This document shows positions 23,572 to 33,809 of a DNA stretch of 59,551 bases, piece after piece. The position numbers and the translations under genes are program-made. The DNA lies in the IMG/VR virus record IMGVR_UViG_3300031991_000010, positions 1 to 59,551 of that record. One strand, written 5' to 3'. The first letter of the stretch is position 1, and every line of letters begins with the position of its first letter. The notes beneath the pieces are model-generated. The model was not told the origin of the DNA. It searched no databases and was given only the letters and a program-made list of their open reading frames with translations. This DNA is from a virus.

Positions 23572-25718
23572 CAGGTGTTAGCTCCGCGAGCGTCAAGCCA
23601 GCCGTGCGTCTCGATTGAATAAAACACGTTGCTACTTATGCGTGTGCGAATCTGCGCGCTCGCATTGGTTCGCACAAAAATGCCTGTATAAAAGTGCATA
23701 TCGACGTCCGCGTTCGCGGTTCGGCCCGTCCACACGGTAGTTCCCGCGGTGGTGTCCGTTTGGGTCAGGTCGCTCAGAAACAGAGCAAATCCAGCCGCCT
23801 GAACCTGACCAAAAACGTACGCGACAACACGCACCCCCACCGGCACCGTAAGGGCTCGGGAAACCGCAGTCGTCACTCCGGGGCTGGAGTTGTAATCCTG
23901 GATCGGAACCCGCCACATGAACCTGTCGCCGTCCTGCACGAACGCCCGGATGGCCGCGCCCGCCCGCACAATCGACCCGATGCGCCGGAAGCTGTCGTAA
24001 CTCGTCGGCATCTGCGGCCCCGGCAGGCAGGTATGCACGCCAGACTGTGAGCCCGACGTGTTGACCGCGCTTCCGCCATTCGATGTCGAGAACTGGAACG
24101 TCGTTTCTGCCAAGCTCGTCGAGATGACGTAGTATTGCGTCCCCGCCGTCACGCCCGTGGGCAGAGCGCCGGTCGTGGAGAACTTGATGGGCGAGCCGGC
24201 AACGAGACCGTGCCCGGCGCCTGCCGTGCCCATCGTCACCACGGCGGGCGACGCGATGGTCATCGTGCAGGTGGCGCTTTGATCGTGGCTCAGCGAAACG
24301 ATCGCGTCCACTCCGTTCGTGTCCGAACGTCGTATGGTGTGGACGTGATAGGTGCCGTTGCCGATGGTGCCTTGATCCAGCCCGCCCGCCGCAGACCCTA
24401 CAGCCCAAGCCGTGCCGACTATTTTATTGGTGAGCGCGGTTTCGAGGGTAATGTCGTTTGCGTTCGTGGAATTTCGGCAAACCCCTGCCGCCACATCAAT
24501 GCCCGTTGCGCCACCAGCGTTGTTGGAAAGCGTCAGCCCGGCGAGGTAGCCACGGGGGGCGCCCGATGGTGTCGCCGCGATCTGCGCCGCAACGTAAGTG
24601 CGCGTCGCTTTCTGCGAGGCAACTTTCACATCGCTGTTCGCGGCCAGCGTGCCGTCTGTATCGACCCACGTCGCGGCAACCATGTCGCCGGAACCGGAGC
24701 CAGTTGGCCCGGTGGCGCCCGTTGCCCCTGTCGCACCGGTCGCGCCAGTTGCGCCCGTGTCGCCTTTCGATGCGATCAGCAACCACTTCGCTGCGGCCAG
24801 GTCCGTCGCAAACGTGCCCGACGTGTGCGCAACGATGCACACGTAGCTCGATCCACCCTCCGTCACGACGCTGGCCGGCGCGGTGGCGCTATATGCAGTT
24901 GCCGTCAGCCATGCGGCGCTCGCCGCCCAAGAGGCCGGGCCAGTAGCGCCGGTTGCGCCCGTCGCCCCAGTCGCGCCGGTCGCGCCGTTTGTTCCGTTTG
25001 TTCCGTTCGTGCCGTTCAATCCAAGCAATGTCTTGGTCATGCACTGGATCAGCACGCCGTTTGGAGGATAGGTCGGCCCGCCGAACGTGATCAGCGTGTC
25101 AGCGCCATCCAGCGTTAGCGTGAACCCGTCAAGCTGCGGCGTGGTCCCCACAACCACATCGCAGCTATACCGCGACGGCGCGCTAATGTTGGGAAGCCGG
25201 AATGGTCCCGCCGTTCCGTTGGCGGTCACGCTTGAATACGCGAGCACGAGGTTGTTGAGCGTGTTTTGCTCGACGAGCACGGTTGCCACAGCATCCAAGG
25301 TCTGAAGCTCTAGCGTCGCGGCCACGTCTTGCGTGTAGGCGACGGCAAGATCGAGACCGGTCTCGGTGTTCTTGGAATTGAAGTTGCCAGCGTTGGCATA
25401 TGCGGTCGACTGGTTTGTAGGCGTGTTGCGCACCACCTCAAGAAGTTCGTCGTCATAGAGCGGGTCTTGATCACCGATAAGTGTCAGCGTTCCCGTCAAC
25501 CACCCAACTGAACCGACCGGCGTGGTGGCGATGGTATAGTCGACGTTGAGCGTCAGCGTCGCGCTCCAATTCCCGTCACTGTCCCGACGACGCACGCGAA
25601 GGTGTGACGTGCTGCGAAAGGGAACATCAACACCGCTGCGCTGAATGTTGAAGGGGCCAAGCGATCCACCAATCGTGCCGGCCACGCGAACGGCGGGTAT
25701 GACGCTGGCGATGGTCAT
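23571..25718 (-). CDS. Tail fibre with two collagen-like Gly-X-Y tracts
   Basis: The ATG at 25718 (MTIASVIPAV...) lies downstream of a terminator hairpin. GTNGTNGTNGATGATGATGATGATGP and GDTGATGATGATGATGATGPTGSGSG. Confidence 0.8.
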   Translation of the reverse strand: MTIASVIPAVRVAGTIGGSLGPFNIQRSGVDVPFRSTSHLRVRRRDSDGNWSATLTLNVDYTIATTPVGSVGWLTGTLTLIGDQDPLYDDELLEVVRNTPTNQSTAYANAGNFNSKNTETGLDLAVAYTQDVAATLELQTLDAVATVLVEQNTLNNLVLAYSSVTANGTAGPFRLPNISAPSRYSCDVVVGTTPQLDGFTLTLDGADTLITFGGPTYPPNGVLIQCMTKTLLGLNGTNGTNGTNGATGATGATGATGATGPASWAASAAWLTATAYSATAPASVVTEGGSSYVCIVAHTSGTFATDLAAAKWLLIASKGDTGATGATGATGATGATGPTGSGSGDMVAATWVDTDGTLAANSDVKVASQKATRTYVAAQIAATPSGAPRGYLAGLTLSNNAGGATGIDVAAGVCRNSTNANDITLETALTNKIVGTAWAVGSAAGGLDQGTIGNGTYHVHTIRRSDTNGVDAIVSLSHDQSATCTMTIASPAVVTMGTAGAGHGLVAGSPIKFSTTGALPTGVTAGTQYYVISTSLAETTFQFSTSNGGSAVNTSGSQSGVHTCLPGPQMPTSYDSFRRIGSIVRAGAAIRAFVQDGDRFMWRVPIQDYNSSPGVTTAVSRALTVPVGVRVVAYVFGQVQAAGFALFLSDLTQTDTTAGTTVWTGRTANADVDMHFYTGIFVRTNASAQIRTRISSNVFYSIETHGWLDARGANT
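24687..24764 (-). repeat. 9-nt-period tandem repeat encoding collagen-like tract 2
   Basis: Direct reading of (GXY)n codons. Confidence 0.85.
24936..25013 (-). repeat. 9-nt-period tandem repeat encoding collagen-like tract 1
   Basis: Direct reading of (GXY)n codons. Confidence 0.85.
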
Positions 25719-25734
25719 TGACGGGGCGGCCCTC

Positions 25735-25773
25735 AAAAAAAATGCCGCGTCGAGCGTCCGATCCCGACGCGGC
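25735..25773 (-). terminator. Rho-independent terminator between the giant gene and the fibre gene
   Basis: Minus strand: GCCGCGTCG - 12-nt loop - CGACGCGGC followed by ATTTTTTTT. Confidence 0.75.
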
Positions 25774-25847
25774 CTTAGTACGGGGTTGCCCGGATTGGGG
25801 GCCATCGCGTACTGCGGTGGCCCACGGCGCTTGTCTAGGCCCGCCCT

Positions 25848-28800
25848 TTACTGGCGGTCGCGCATGAGCCCTTCCTCGTAGAACATGCCGGGATCGTCCA
25901 TCGGGCCGGGCGCGCGGCCGGTGAAGACGTCGGCGATGTAGTCGAGCGTGATCACCGCCTGGCGCGTCGGCAGGGCGAACCAATAGCCGGCCGTCATCAC
26001 CCCCTTTTTGCCGATCTTTTCCCACTCGTCGTCGGCGATATAGCCGTCTTCGTACACCTTGCCGCCGAGCTTCACGAAGTCCGCCGTCGTCGACATGGCG
26101 TCGCTAACGGGGGTGATGCTGTAGTCATAGGGTGAGAGCACCGCTGACACGAGATCGCGCACGCCGATGATCGTCGAGAGCGGGTAGGCGGCCACGGTCA
26201 TAATCACCCGCTTCAGCCTGTCGTCTTCGTCTTCGCCATTCTCTGCGTCGAGCCGGCCGCCGATGGCTTCCGACAGGATTGCCGGCAAAATCCACAGGAA
26301 GAGGGTGGCGTTGACGAACGATGAACGCGGGATGCGCCCGGTTGCGGCGCCGGGAAATTGCTCGCCGAACAGTTGGTTATAAAGCACGCTCATGTACGAG
26401 TAGAATTGCGTGAACAGCCGCATGCCCTCGCCGCCGCGCTGAAGGCGCGCCAGGTCTTTCGGGGAGCCCGAGCCCTGCGTCATGCGGATCACGCTGTCGG
26501 CGTGCTGCACGGCCGCATCATCGTCGCCCATCTTCACGTTGCTGATCTTTCCGCCGAGCGCTTGCTCGTAAGCGGTCAACCACACGGGCACAGACACGCC
26601 CATATCCATGATCCCGGTCAACCAGAAGAAGGAGCGGCGCACCTCAATCGGCACGATATCCCAATCCTGTCGCCCCTTGATCGATTGAAGCGCGTCGCGC
26701 ACGTCTCGATCCCATGTCGTCATCCGGTAGCGCAGCACGGCGCTCTTATCGAGCGCGAACTGAACCCTCCTCGGGATCACCTGCGGCTCGCCAAAGAACT
26801 TCCGCACTTGGTTCGGCAACGCCTGCGCAATGACTTGCATGTCGATGGACGCGGCGCGGCCCATGGATTTGGTCAGGCCGATGACGCCGATTCGCGGCAC
26901 CGCGCCGAGCATGCCGAGCGGTTGCACGATGGCCGTCGTGATCTTCATCCCCATGTTGACCACCGACGATCCGGTGCGCAGGCGAGAGAGAACTTTCTGG
27001 TAGGCGTTAGACGGATCGCGCACGTCGGCCGCCACGTTTTGAAGCCATGCGTTAATCTGGCGGTACTGTTGCGTGCCGGCGGCATCCTTGATCGCCGCGA
27101 TCATCTTGGGGTGGTTCGCCATGCGATAGACGTCGATCAGCGCACGGCGGTGCGTGAGATCGTGGATCACGTTATAGACGTGCTCCTGCATCACCATGAG
27201 ATCGAGCTTCACCGGCAAGCCGCCCGATCCGACGCGCTCCTGAAGGTGGCCCTTCTTGGTCTGCGGTCTGATCCAGTTGCCGCCCTTGGCGTCGAGCGTG
27301 ATAATCTTCTCGTCGCGCTTGTTGACCTTCTCGCTTTGCGCGCCGTCATACTTCAGCGGGTAGTAGCCGCCCGCGAAGATGCCATGTTTAGAGATCACGG
27401 GCGTAGCCTGCACGGCCGCCGGCATAACGCCGGTCAGTTCGTATTGCAGGGCGAACGACGGCTCACGATATTCGCCGATCCAATCCCAAATCGATTGCAC
27501 GACGTTCCAGTCGCGCGCCGTGAGGTGCGTGTCGAGAATATCCATGATCTCTTCGGGCGACTTGCCTGTGCCGTCCGCGACCGCCTTGACGTTGCCCTCG
27601 TTTCCCATGTTGAGCGCGAGCGCGATGATCTGCGATTTGGTCAGCGCATAGCCCTTGCCGAACTCGGGCATGCTGATCCGCTTCGACATGAGCGCGCCGC
27701 GCTCGATGCGCGTGTAGACCGAGAAAATCTTGTTCAGCCTGGCCGCCGCGACGGCGCTCATATCAAGCTCGGCTTCCTCGGCGCGGGCGATGGGTTGGAA
27801 CATGTAGCGCTGCACAGGGCCGGCGTCTTCCAAGCCGTCGAGCCACCGGAAAAGAAATTCGGGCTTGGTGTGGTCGGCGTGTGCCAGTTCGCGGAAGTCA
27901 TCGAGCTTGTCGAGCGCCGAGAGCGCGCCCTTGTCGCGCGCCTTTCCGCCTGGCGCATGGTTGGCGATCTGCGTCGTCATTTCGTCGATGGCGGCGCTCA
28001 TCGTCGCCTTGTTACGGGCGTCGAGGAGCTTCTTGGAATTGCGCGCGATGTGGTCGATGTTGCGGATGGCGTCGACCACCGCCTCGGCATCCGTGATCGG
28101 CATCTTGGTCAGTTCGCTCGCCGGCATTGCCACGATGGAACCGGGGATATCGAGCATGTGGCCCATCCCCATATCCTCGATTGTCTGCATCCACTCGCCG
28201 AGCGATTGCTCGCCAATGATGCGTGGCGCAAGCTCGGGCGAGATACCGAACTTCACGAGGAGTTGGTCGATCTGATCGCGCGCCTCGTTGTCATAGTTCT
28301 TGCGCGTCTTCTCGTTGTCGAACTTCTTCGTCCACCGCACGCCGGCCTCGAACCGCTCGGCGCGGTCGCGCGCAATGCGGTAAATGTGGAACGACATAAG
28401 CTGACGCGACTTCGCGCGCTCGGCCTCGGGGAACTTGCCGTCGCGGTAGAAGTCCTGCGCCTCTTTCGCGGCCTTCCGCTCGGCGCGAAGGTATTGCTCA
28501 AAGTTCAGCACCTCGCGCACCATCATGCGGTCGACGTGCGCCTCGGCCAGCTTCTTTGCGGCGCGGATCAGCACGTTCACCCGGTTGCCGGTGGCGCGGC
28601 CAATCGCTTCAAGCTCGATCTCGATCTTGCTGGCGGCGGCCATGTTGTGCGCGGCGCGCTTGGCAAGCTCGTCGACCGTGCCATCAAGGAACGGATCACT
28701 CAAGCCGTCGCTCTGAAGGCTAGCCTGCACATGATCCTCCACCGCATCCTTCAAGCGGGGCAGGGCGGCAAGTTCCTTCACAAGCTCATCGCCGCTCGTG

Positions 28801-31800
28801 TAGTCGAACACCGCGTGCATGTCGCGCAACGCCTCGATAGCGTCGTCGGGGTGCAAGCCGTCGTCGGCCATGGCGGCGCGCAGCTTCTTCGCTTGCTCGC
28901 GCCACAGTTGGCGCATCACCTTGCGGTTCAGCTTGATCGGCTTCAGCCCCGCAGGGCGCGGCTCGATGGCGGGATCGTCGGGCGCGCCAGGCTTAGACTG
29001 AAAAAGCGCAAACCCCTGCGTCGTGATCTTGGCGCGCATTTCCGGCGTGATCTGCATCACCCAAGCGCCGGCAACGTCGCCCTTCTCGATGACGTCATGT
29101 AATGCCTGATTAATCGCGCCGCTATCTCCTCCGGCCGCTGAAATCAATTCTGCGAATGCGCCGTCTTCATCCCACAGCATCGCGCCTTGCACCCAAATAT
29201 GGTAAGCGGCGACAAGCGGGTTTCTCTTGGCATCGTGCTTAAAATCCCATTCATACGAGTCGAGCGACACACCTTTGTCGTCATTGCCGGGGCGGCCTTT
29301 CGAGGCGACGAAAAACTCGCCGTCGTCGGTGCGACGCATAAGCGGCATGTTGCGACGAAGCGCAGACTTAACTTCGGTCGACATCCTATCCCACAGCGAG
29401 TGAAGGATTGCCTCGGCGGAGTTTGGATCGACAGGCCAGTCGGCAATGCTGTAAAACTCTCGATCCAGCGCGCTACTGCGCTCTGCGATGCGGCCGAAAA
29501 GCTCTTCTCTCTCAGCCTTCAAACGCTCTATATCGTCGTTCAGAGAAGAGCGCGGCGCGACGTACTCTTCAATCTGCTTCTGCGCTTTGGCGGCAGTTAT
29601 CTTTCCATCATTGGCTTCTTTCAGACGCTCGCCCGCATACTCCGCCTTCATGCTGTTGCGCTCGATCATGCGCGCGCTGTTGGCTTCTCCAAGAAGATCG
29701 TTAACCTCAGACCATCGCGGCTCGATTTCGCGCCACAGGGCGTTTTTCTTGTCAGTTAGTGCGTCAAGTTTTGTGCTGCGGCTCGGGTCATAACGATTGA
29801 ACCGCTCGATCAGTTCGAGCTTGTTCGCCGCGATGTGCTCGATGACGGCCTGTTTTAATTGCTCGCCGCGCGCCTTCGTGCCATCGAGCAATTCACTTAG
29901 TCCGACATAATCAAACTCGGCGCGCTTAGGCGTCACGCCATCAGCGCCTTTCAAGATTGCATCGCGCGCCGCTTTCCAGCCAAGTCCCCACGTGTGATCG
30001 GAAACCTTCAGCGCGCTTTGTTCGACGGCGGAATAGAACCCCATGGGGTCAAGTTGGCGCGACTGCCCCATGCTCCGCTGCGGCCACAGGATATCATCGA
30101 CGTCAGCGAACGTGTTATCGGTCGCCTGAAAGCGATCTCCAATGCGGCGGAAAGCGCCCGTGCGCACCTCGGCGCCGTGACCTTCACGGCCGCCACTCTC
30201 GAACAGATAGCCTTCCGGCAACAGACCAAGCGACTTCAGCGCGCCCGCCATCTTGTCGTGCAGTACGCCGCTTGGCGCGACGTACACGCCGCCTTTGCCA
30301 TCTGCGATCCATCGCGCGCTATCGTACTCAAACGGCCGTGCGCCGTTGGCGCGCTGCATCAAAGTCGGCGACGTCATGCGCGTCACTTCCTCGCGTGACG
30401 GGTTGTGGATCATCGTCACCGCCTCGCCCATGTTGTTCTGCACGGTGAACTTTCGCGCCGGGGCCGACTGCCCCATCGTCCCGCCGCTGTCGCTCTCCCA
30501 CGCGATCAGTTGCCGTTGCAGGCGCGTGCGTTGCGAGGGCTCCGTTGCGCGTGCCTCGGCAACCGCTTGCGCGTACTCGTCGGTGCCGGGCTCCGGCGTC
30601 ACGGCGATGGCGCGGTTGCCTTTTTTGGCCCACCCGCGCATGTCTTCGCTGTAGTCTTCAATATTGCTAATTAGCGCGGAAGCACGGCGACGTTGATCGA
30701 GCGCCTTGTGCGCACGGTCAAGATCGTCTTGCGTCATGCGGATCGTCGGGATCGCAATGCGCATCAGCGCCGGCTCACGAGCCAGCACATTTTCGGCTGA
30801 AGTCTGGGCGAGGAAGGTGTCTTGCGTCTCGAACGCTTCCACCTCTCCAGACAGAAAGCGGTAAAGCACTGCGTCATTGTCAGGATCGAGTCCGAGTGCG
30901 CGGATATCCGCTTTCAGTTTTTTTCGTTTGGCAGGCTCTAGCATATCCATGAACACCGCCGCGTGCGAAGACGCGCCGCCGATATGGAAAAGCTCGATGT
31001 ACTGAATGATGTGCTGAAGTTCATGGATCAGCCCGCTCATCACGCGAACCATGTTGTCGTCACGGCCAATGATAATCTGGTTGACGCCGCGCGCATGGTG
31101 GATGGCGGCGGCGTTGCCGGGGCCATAACCATCCCAAAAAATGACTTCGACGTTTCGCAGTTCAGGGTAGGCGTCAAACAATTCAGAGTGCGAAATGACA
31201 TCGCCGAGCAGCACGCGCATATCGAAATCCGCGCGCTGATTGAGCGAGGCGGAATAGCTCAATAGTTCACGCACGTTGGCGCGCGTCAAGCCGCTGCGCT
31301 GCCACGCTAGTTGCGCAGCGTCCATGATCTTGACGAACGTGTCCTGATTGAACGTGAAACGCACGTCTTTGTCAGAAATCCAGTAACGCCATTCACCGTC
31401 TGTTGGCGCGCGATACCATCCGAATGCTTTCAGGATTTCGCCCATCGAGACGCCGGCGGCCTCGGCCGCCTTCGCGCCCGCGAGTTTGGATCGGTTGGCC
31501 GTCTTGGAGTAGGTTCCGGCCCACTGCCCCATCGTCTCGATATCGTCGCCGTACTCGATAGCGTCGTCGATCTCGGCGTCGGTCACGTCGTCCGCCTCGG
31601 TCGCCGCGTCTGGCCCTGCGGCGCCGTCTTCCCACACGCCGCGTTCAAGCAATGCCTTGGCGCGATAGCCGCGCTGACCGCGCAATTCGAGGAGGGCGGT
31701 GCGGCGACGACGCGCAAGCTCGCGCTGCCATGAGAGCGTCTGTTCGCGGTAATGCGCACGCATGACGCTGGCGAGAAGATCGTCTTCAGACTGCGCGCGG

Positions 31801-33800
31801 GCGTTGTCGATGGCGGCCAGGTAGCCCCTCCACTTGTCTTCCGACATGCCGGACTCTTCGCGCGTGGCGAACATCTTGTCGCTGACCGCCTTGTTGGCGT
31901 TTTGCATCGCGGCGATTTCTTCCTCGGTGGCGAGGAGGCGGTCAAACAGGCTTTTCGCTTCCGGCGTCAGAAGCGTCGTCGCACCGTCTTCGCCGACGAT
32001 GCGCTTGAGATCGGCATAGATTTTCCGCAACCAACGGGAGAACGCGCGGAACGGCGTCACGAGCGCGAGTGAGGGGGCGACGCCTTCACGGAGGTACGCC
32101 TCGAACGTCCGCGCCCATAGCTCATGGTGGCGCACCTCAATGCGCTGACCGGGCGCAAGCCCCATCCAGTCGCGGATTTCCTTCAGATAGCCATGGATCG
32201 GCGCGTCGGGCGGCGCGTCGCGTGCAATCGATTGCACAAGCTCAAGATACCAGTGCCCCGCTTCGTGCAGGATGGTCGACTCGTCGCGCCCGCTGAACAG
32301 CCGGATCGCCGTCCATTCACGCTGTTCGCCGATGGCGTCACGATAGGCGAACTCGCCGCGCCGCTTGCCGCTGTCTTCCGCCTGGCCGAGATCAACAAGG
32401 CTCTCGATGGCCTCGCGCATTTCACCGATGTTGGTCGCGGTGCCGAGCGAGCCGTCAACGCGCATGCTCTCATACTCGCGCGTGTCCATGCCGAGCGCGC
32501 GCATTACCTCGCCGTGGTCGACGGAGGTGTTCGCATCCCACACAAAGAGCGCGTCATCGAGCTTCAGAAACTTGACGCCGATCCTCCGCTCGTTGCGCGG
32601 GAGGTGCATCCACTCCTTGTTCTGGCGCGCGATGATGCGTTCCGCCGGGAGCGTCGAGCGGGTGATCGTGATCTCGGCGTCGCGGATCGTCAGCGCCAGC
32701 GGCGAGCGGTCAGTGCGCCGATTCGACTGGCCCATGGAGTGCTGACGCCAGCCCGGCTTGTTGCCCGGCTTAGATTTAGTGACCGTCAATCCAAGTTCTT
32801 GCAAGTCGCGGACAATGGAACCTTTGCTGATCCCAAACTTGCGCGCGAGCGACGAGATCGTCGCTCCCTCTTCCGCCGCTGCCGCTGGCATTGCGGCGCG
32901 ACGCGCCTCCGTCCCCAAGCTCTGCATCGTCTTTAGCCCGAGAAACTGAAGATCGTTCTTCACCGTCATCGTGGGAACGCCGAGCTTTTCCGCTATTCCT
33001 TCTGGCGACAAGCTAGTGTGCCAGCGCTTTACCTGTGCGCGTCGTTGTTCAATGTTGCGGGGCGAAAATGTCGGTCTGAAATCTTCTTGCCCCGCCCACG
33101 TCAAGCGACCACCCGCGCCCGATCCACGTCGGCGCATGCGACCATCGTCGTTGCGATACATCGCGCCGATGACGCGGCCAGCGTTTACGTCAAGATCGCC
33201 GGCAACCTTATCGGCGACTTCCTTCACCGAGTAGCGCGGATAACCTTGATCGTCGCTCTCATTCCAGTAGGCGATGGATTTCTCGTAAATCTTGGCCGTC
33301 ATCGGATCGACGGGTTTCGATCCCTTCTCGCGCGCAAGAAGAAACTTCACCATCGGCTCGCTGATGCGCATGGTGCGCGCAATGCCGCGCACGGTTGCGC
33401 CGTCCGACTCCATCTTCTTCACTTTGTCCGAGCGCGTTTTCAGCATCGCCCGCACGGAACCACTCACTGTTTCGAGGCGGTCGGCGATCTCCTCGTTTGT
33501 GAGATCGTCCATCGCCAACGAGACGGCCTTGCGCCAGTCGCCGCGCGCAAGCTGGCCCATGGAGCCTTCAGTCAACGCGGCGTCTTGCGATCCGCTCACC
33601 TCGGCAAGCACGCGGTCCGCCGCGTGCATCGACGCCGCGTTAACACGCTCGGCGTAGGAGAGCGCGCGCCACGACGCGCGGTTCGCGCGCGAGAGCGTGC
33701 GCATCGAGAACTCGATCTCGCTCTCGATCATTTCGACTTCCGCCATCTTGGGCGCGTAGCCGGTGACTGCGGCGACGCGATCTTTGCAGGCGGCCTTCAT
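25848..33800 (-). CDS. Giant polyvalent internal/ejection protein (2650 aa)
   Basis: N-terminal repeated HTH modules. Two HExxH motifs: HEAGH at 32253..32267 and HELQH at 31011..31025. The second lies in a domain paralogous to one in the 1762-aa protein. Several C-terminal TM helices. Confidence 0.85.
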   Translation of the reverse strand: MKAACKDRVAAVTGYAPKMAEVEMIESEIEFSMRTLSRANRASWRALSYAERVNAASMHAADRVLAEVSGSQDAALTEGSMGQLARGDWRKAVSLAMDDLTNEEIADRLETVSGSVRAMLKTRSDKVKKMESDGATVRGIARTMRISEPMVKFLLAREKGSKPVDPMTAKIYEKSIAYWNESDDQGYPRYSVKEVADKVAGDLDVNAGRVIGAMYRNDDGRMRRRGSGAGGRLTWAGQEDFRPTFSPRNIEQRRAQVKRWHTSLSPEGIAEKLGVPTMTVKNDLQFLGLKTMQSLGTEARRAAMPAAAAEEGATISSLARKFGISKGSIVRDLQELGLTVTKSKPGNKPGWRQHSMGQSNRRTDRSPLALTIRDAEITITRSTLPAERIIARQNKEWMHLPRNERRIGVKFLKLDDALFVWDANTSVDHGEVMRALGMDTREYESMRVDGSLGTATNIGEMREAIESLVDLGQAEDSGKRRGEFAYRDAIGEQREWTAIRLFSGRDESTILHEAGHWYLELVQSIARDAPPDAPIHGYLKEIRDWMGLAPGQRIEVRHHELWARTFEAYLREGVAPSLALVTPFRAFSRWLRKIYADLKRIVGEDGATTLLTPEAKSLFDRLLATEEEIAAMQNANKAVSDKMFATREESGMSEDKWRGYLAAIDNARAQSEDDLLASVMRAHYREQTLSWQRELARRRRTALLELRGQRGYRAKALLERGVWEDGAAGPDAATEADDVTDAEIDDAIEYGDDIETMGQWAGTYSKTANRSKLAGAKAAEAAGVSMGEILKAFGWYRAPTDGEWRYWISDKDVRFTFNQDTFVKIMDAAQLAWQRSGLTRANVRELLSYSASLNQRADFDMRVLLGDVISHSELFDAYPELRNVEVIFWDGYGPGNAAAIHHARGVNQIIIGRDDNMVRVMSGLIHELQHIIQYIELFHIGGASSHAAVFMDMLEPAKRKKLKADIRALGLDPDNDAVLYRFLSGEVEAFETQDTFLAQTSAENVLAREPALMRIAIPTIRMTQDDLDRAHKALDQRRRASALISNIEDYSEDMRGWAKKGNRAIAVTPEPGTDEYAQAVAEARATEPSQRTRLQRQLIAWESDSGGTMGQSAPARKFTVQNNMGEAVTMIHNPSREEVTRMTSPTLMQRANGARPFEYDSARWIADGKGGVYVAPSGVLHDKMAGALKSLGLLPEGYLFESGGREGHGAEVRTGAFRRIGDRFQATDNTFADVDDILWPQRSMGQSRQLDPMGFYSAVEQSALKVSDHTWGLGWKAARDAILKGADGVTPKRAEFDYVGLSELLDGTKARGEQLKQAVIEHIAANKLELIERFNRYDPSRSTKLDALTDKKNALWREIEPRWSEVNDLLGEANSARMIERNSMKAEYAGERLKEANDGKITAAKAQKQIEEYVAPRSSLNDDIERLKAEREELFGRIAERSSALDREFYSIADWPVDPNSAEAILHSLWDRMSTEVKSALRRNMPLMRRTDDGEFFVASKGRPGNDDKGVSLDSYEWDFKHDAKRNPLVAAYHIWVQGAMLWDEDGAFAELISAAGGDSGAINQALHDVIEKGDVAGAWVMQITPEMRAKITTQGFALFQSKPGAPDDPAIEPRPAGLKPIKLNRKVMRQLWREQAKKLRAAMADDGLHPDDAIEALRDMHAVFDYTSGDELVKELAALPRLKDAVEDHVQASLQSDGLSDPFLDGTVDELAKRAAHNMAAASKIEIELEAIGRATGNRVNVLIRAAKKLAEAHVDRMMVREVLNFEQYLRAERKAAKEAQDFYRDGKFPEAERAKSRQLMSFHIYRIARDRAERFEAGVRWTKKFDNEKTRKNYDNEARDQIDQLLVKFGISPELAPRIIGEQSLGEWMQTIEDMGMGHMLDIPGSIVAMPASELTKMPITDAEAVVDAIRNIDHIARNSKKLLDARNKATMSAAIDEMTTQIANHAPGGKARDKGALSALDKLDDFRELAHADHTKPEFLFRWLDGLEDAGPVQRYMFQPIARAEEAELDMSAVAAARLNKIFSVYTRIERGALMSKRISMPEFGKGYALTKSQIIALALNMGNEGNVKAVADGTGKSPEEIMDILDTHLTARDWNVVQSIWDWIGEYREPSFALQYELTGVMPAAVQATPVISKHGIFAGGYYPLKYDGAQSEKVNKRDEKIITLDAKGGNWIRPQTKKGHLQERVGSGGLPVKLDLMVMQEHVYNVIHDLTHRRALIDVYRMANHPKMIAAIKDAAGTQQYRQINAWLQNVAADVRDPSNAYQKVLSRLRTGSSVVNMGMKITTAIVQPLGMLGAVPRIGVIGLTKSMGRAASIDMQVIAQALPNQVRKFFGEPQVIPRRVQFALDKSAVLRYRMTTWDRDVRDALQSIKGRQDWDIVPIEVRRSFFWLTGIMDMGVSVPVWLTAYEQALGGKISNVKMGDDDAAVQHADSVIRMTQGSGSPKDLARLQRGGEGMRLFTQFYSYMSVLYNQLFGEQFPGAATGRIPRSSFVNATLFLWILPAILSEAIGGRLDAENGEDEDDRLKRVIMTVAAYPLSTIIGVRDLVSAVLSPYDYSITPVSDAMSTTADFVKLGGKVYEDGYIADDEWEKIGKKGVMTAGYWFALPTRQAVITLDYIADVFTGRAPGPMDDPGMFYEEGLMRDRQ

Positions 33801-33809
33801 GCGATGATC

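Noticed and set aside
24687-25013. Short-period tandem repeats that could be mistaken for a CRISPR-like or VNTR array
   Set aside because: The period is 9 nt and in frame, encoding Gly-X-Y collagen-like tracts inside the fibre gene. There is no spacer structure.
26358-29102. A 914-aa plus-strand ORF, plus many other long plus-strand ORFs (e.g. 6299..7747, 16515..17639, 41822..42790, 51300..52256)
   Set aside because: They are antisense to minus-strand genes with clear family motifs. Their Arg/His/Ala/Leu-rich composition is typical of shadow ORFs in high-G+C DNA. They have no RBS and no start/stop coupling.
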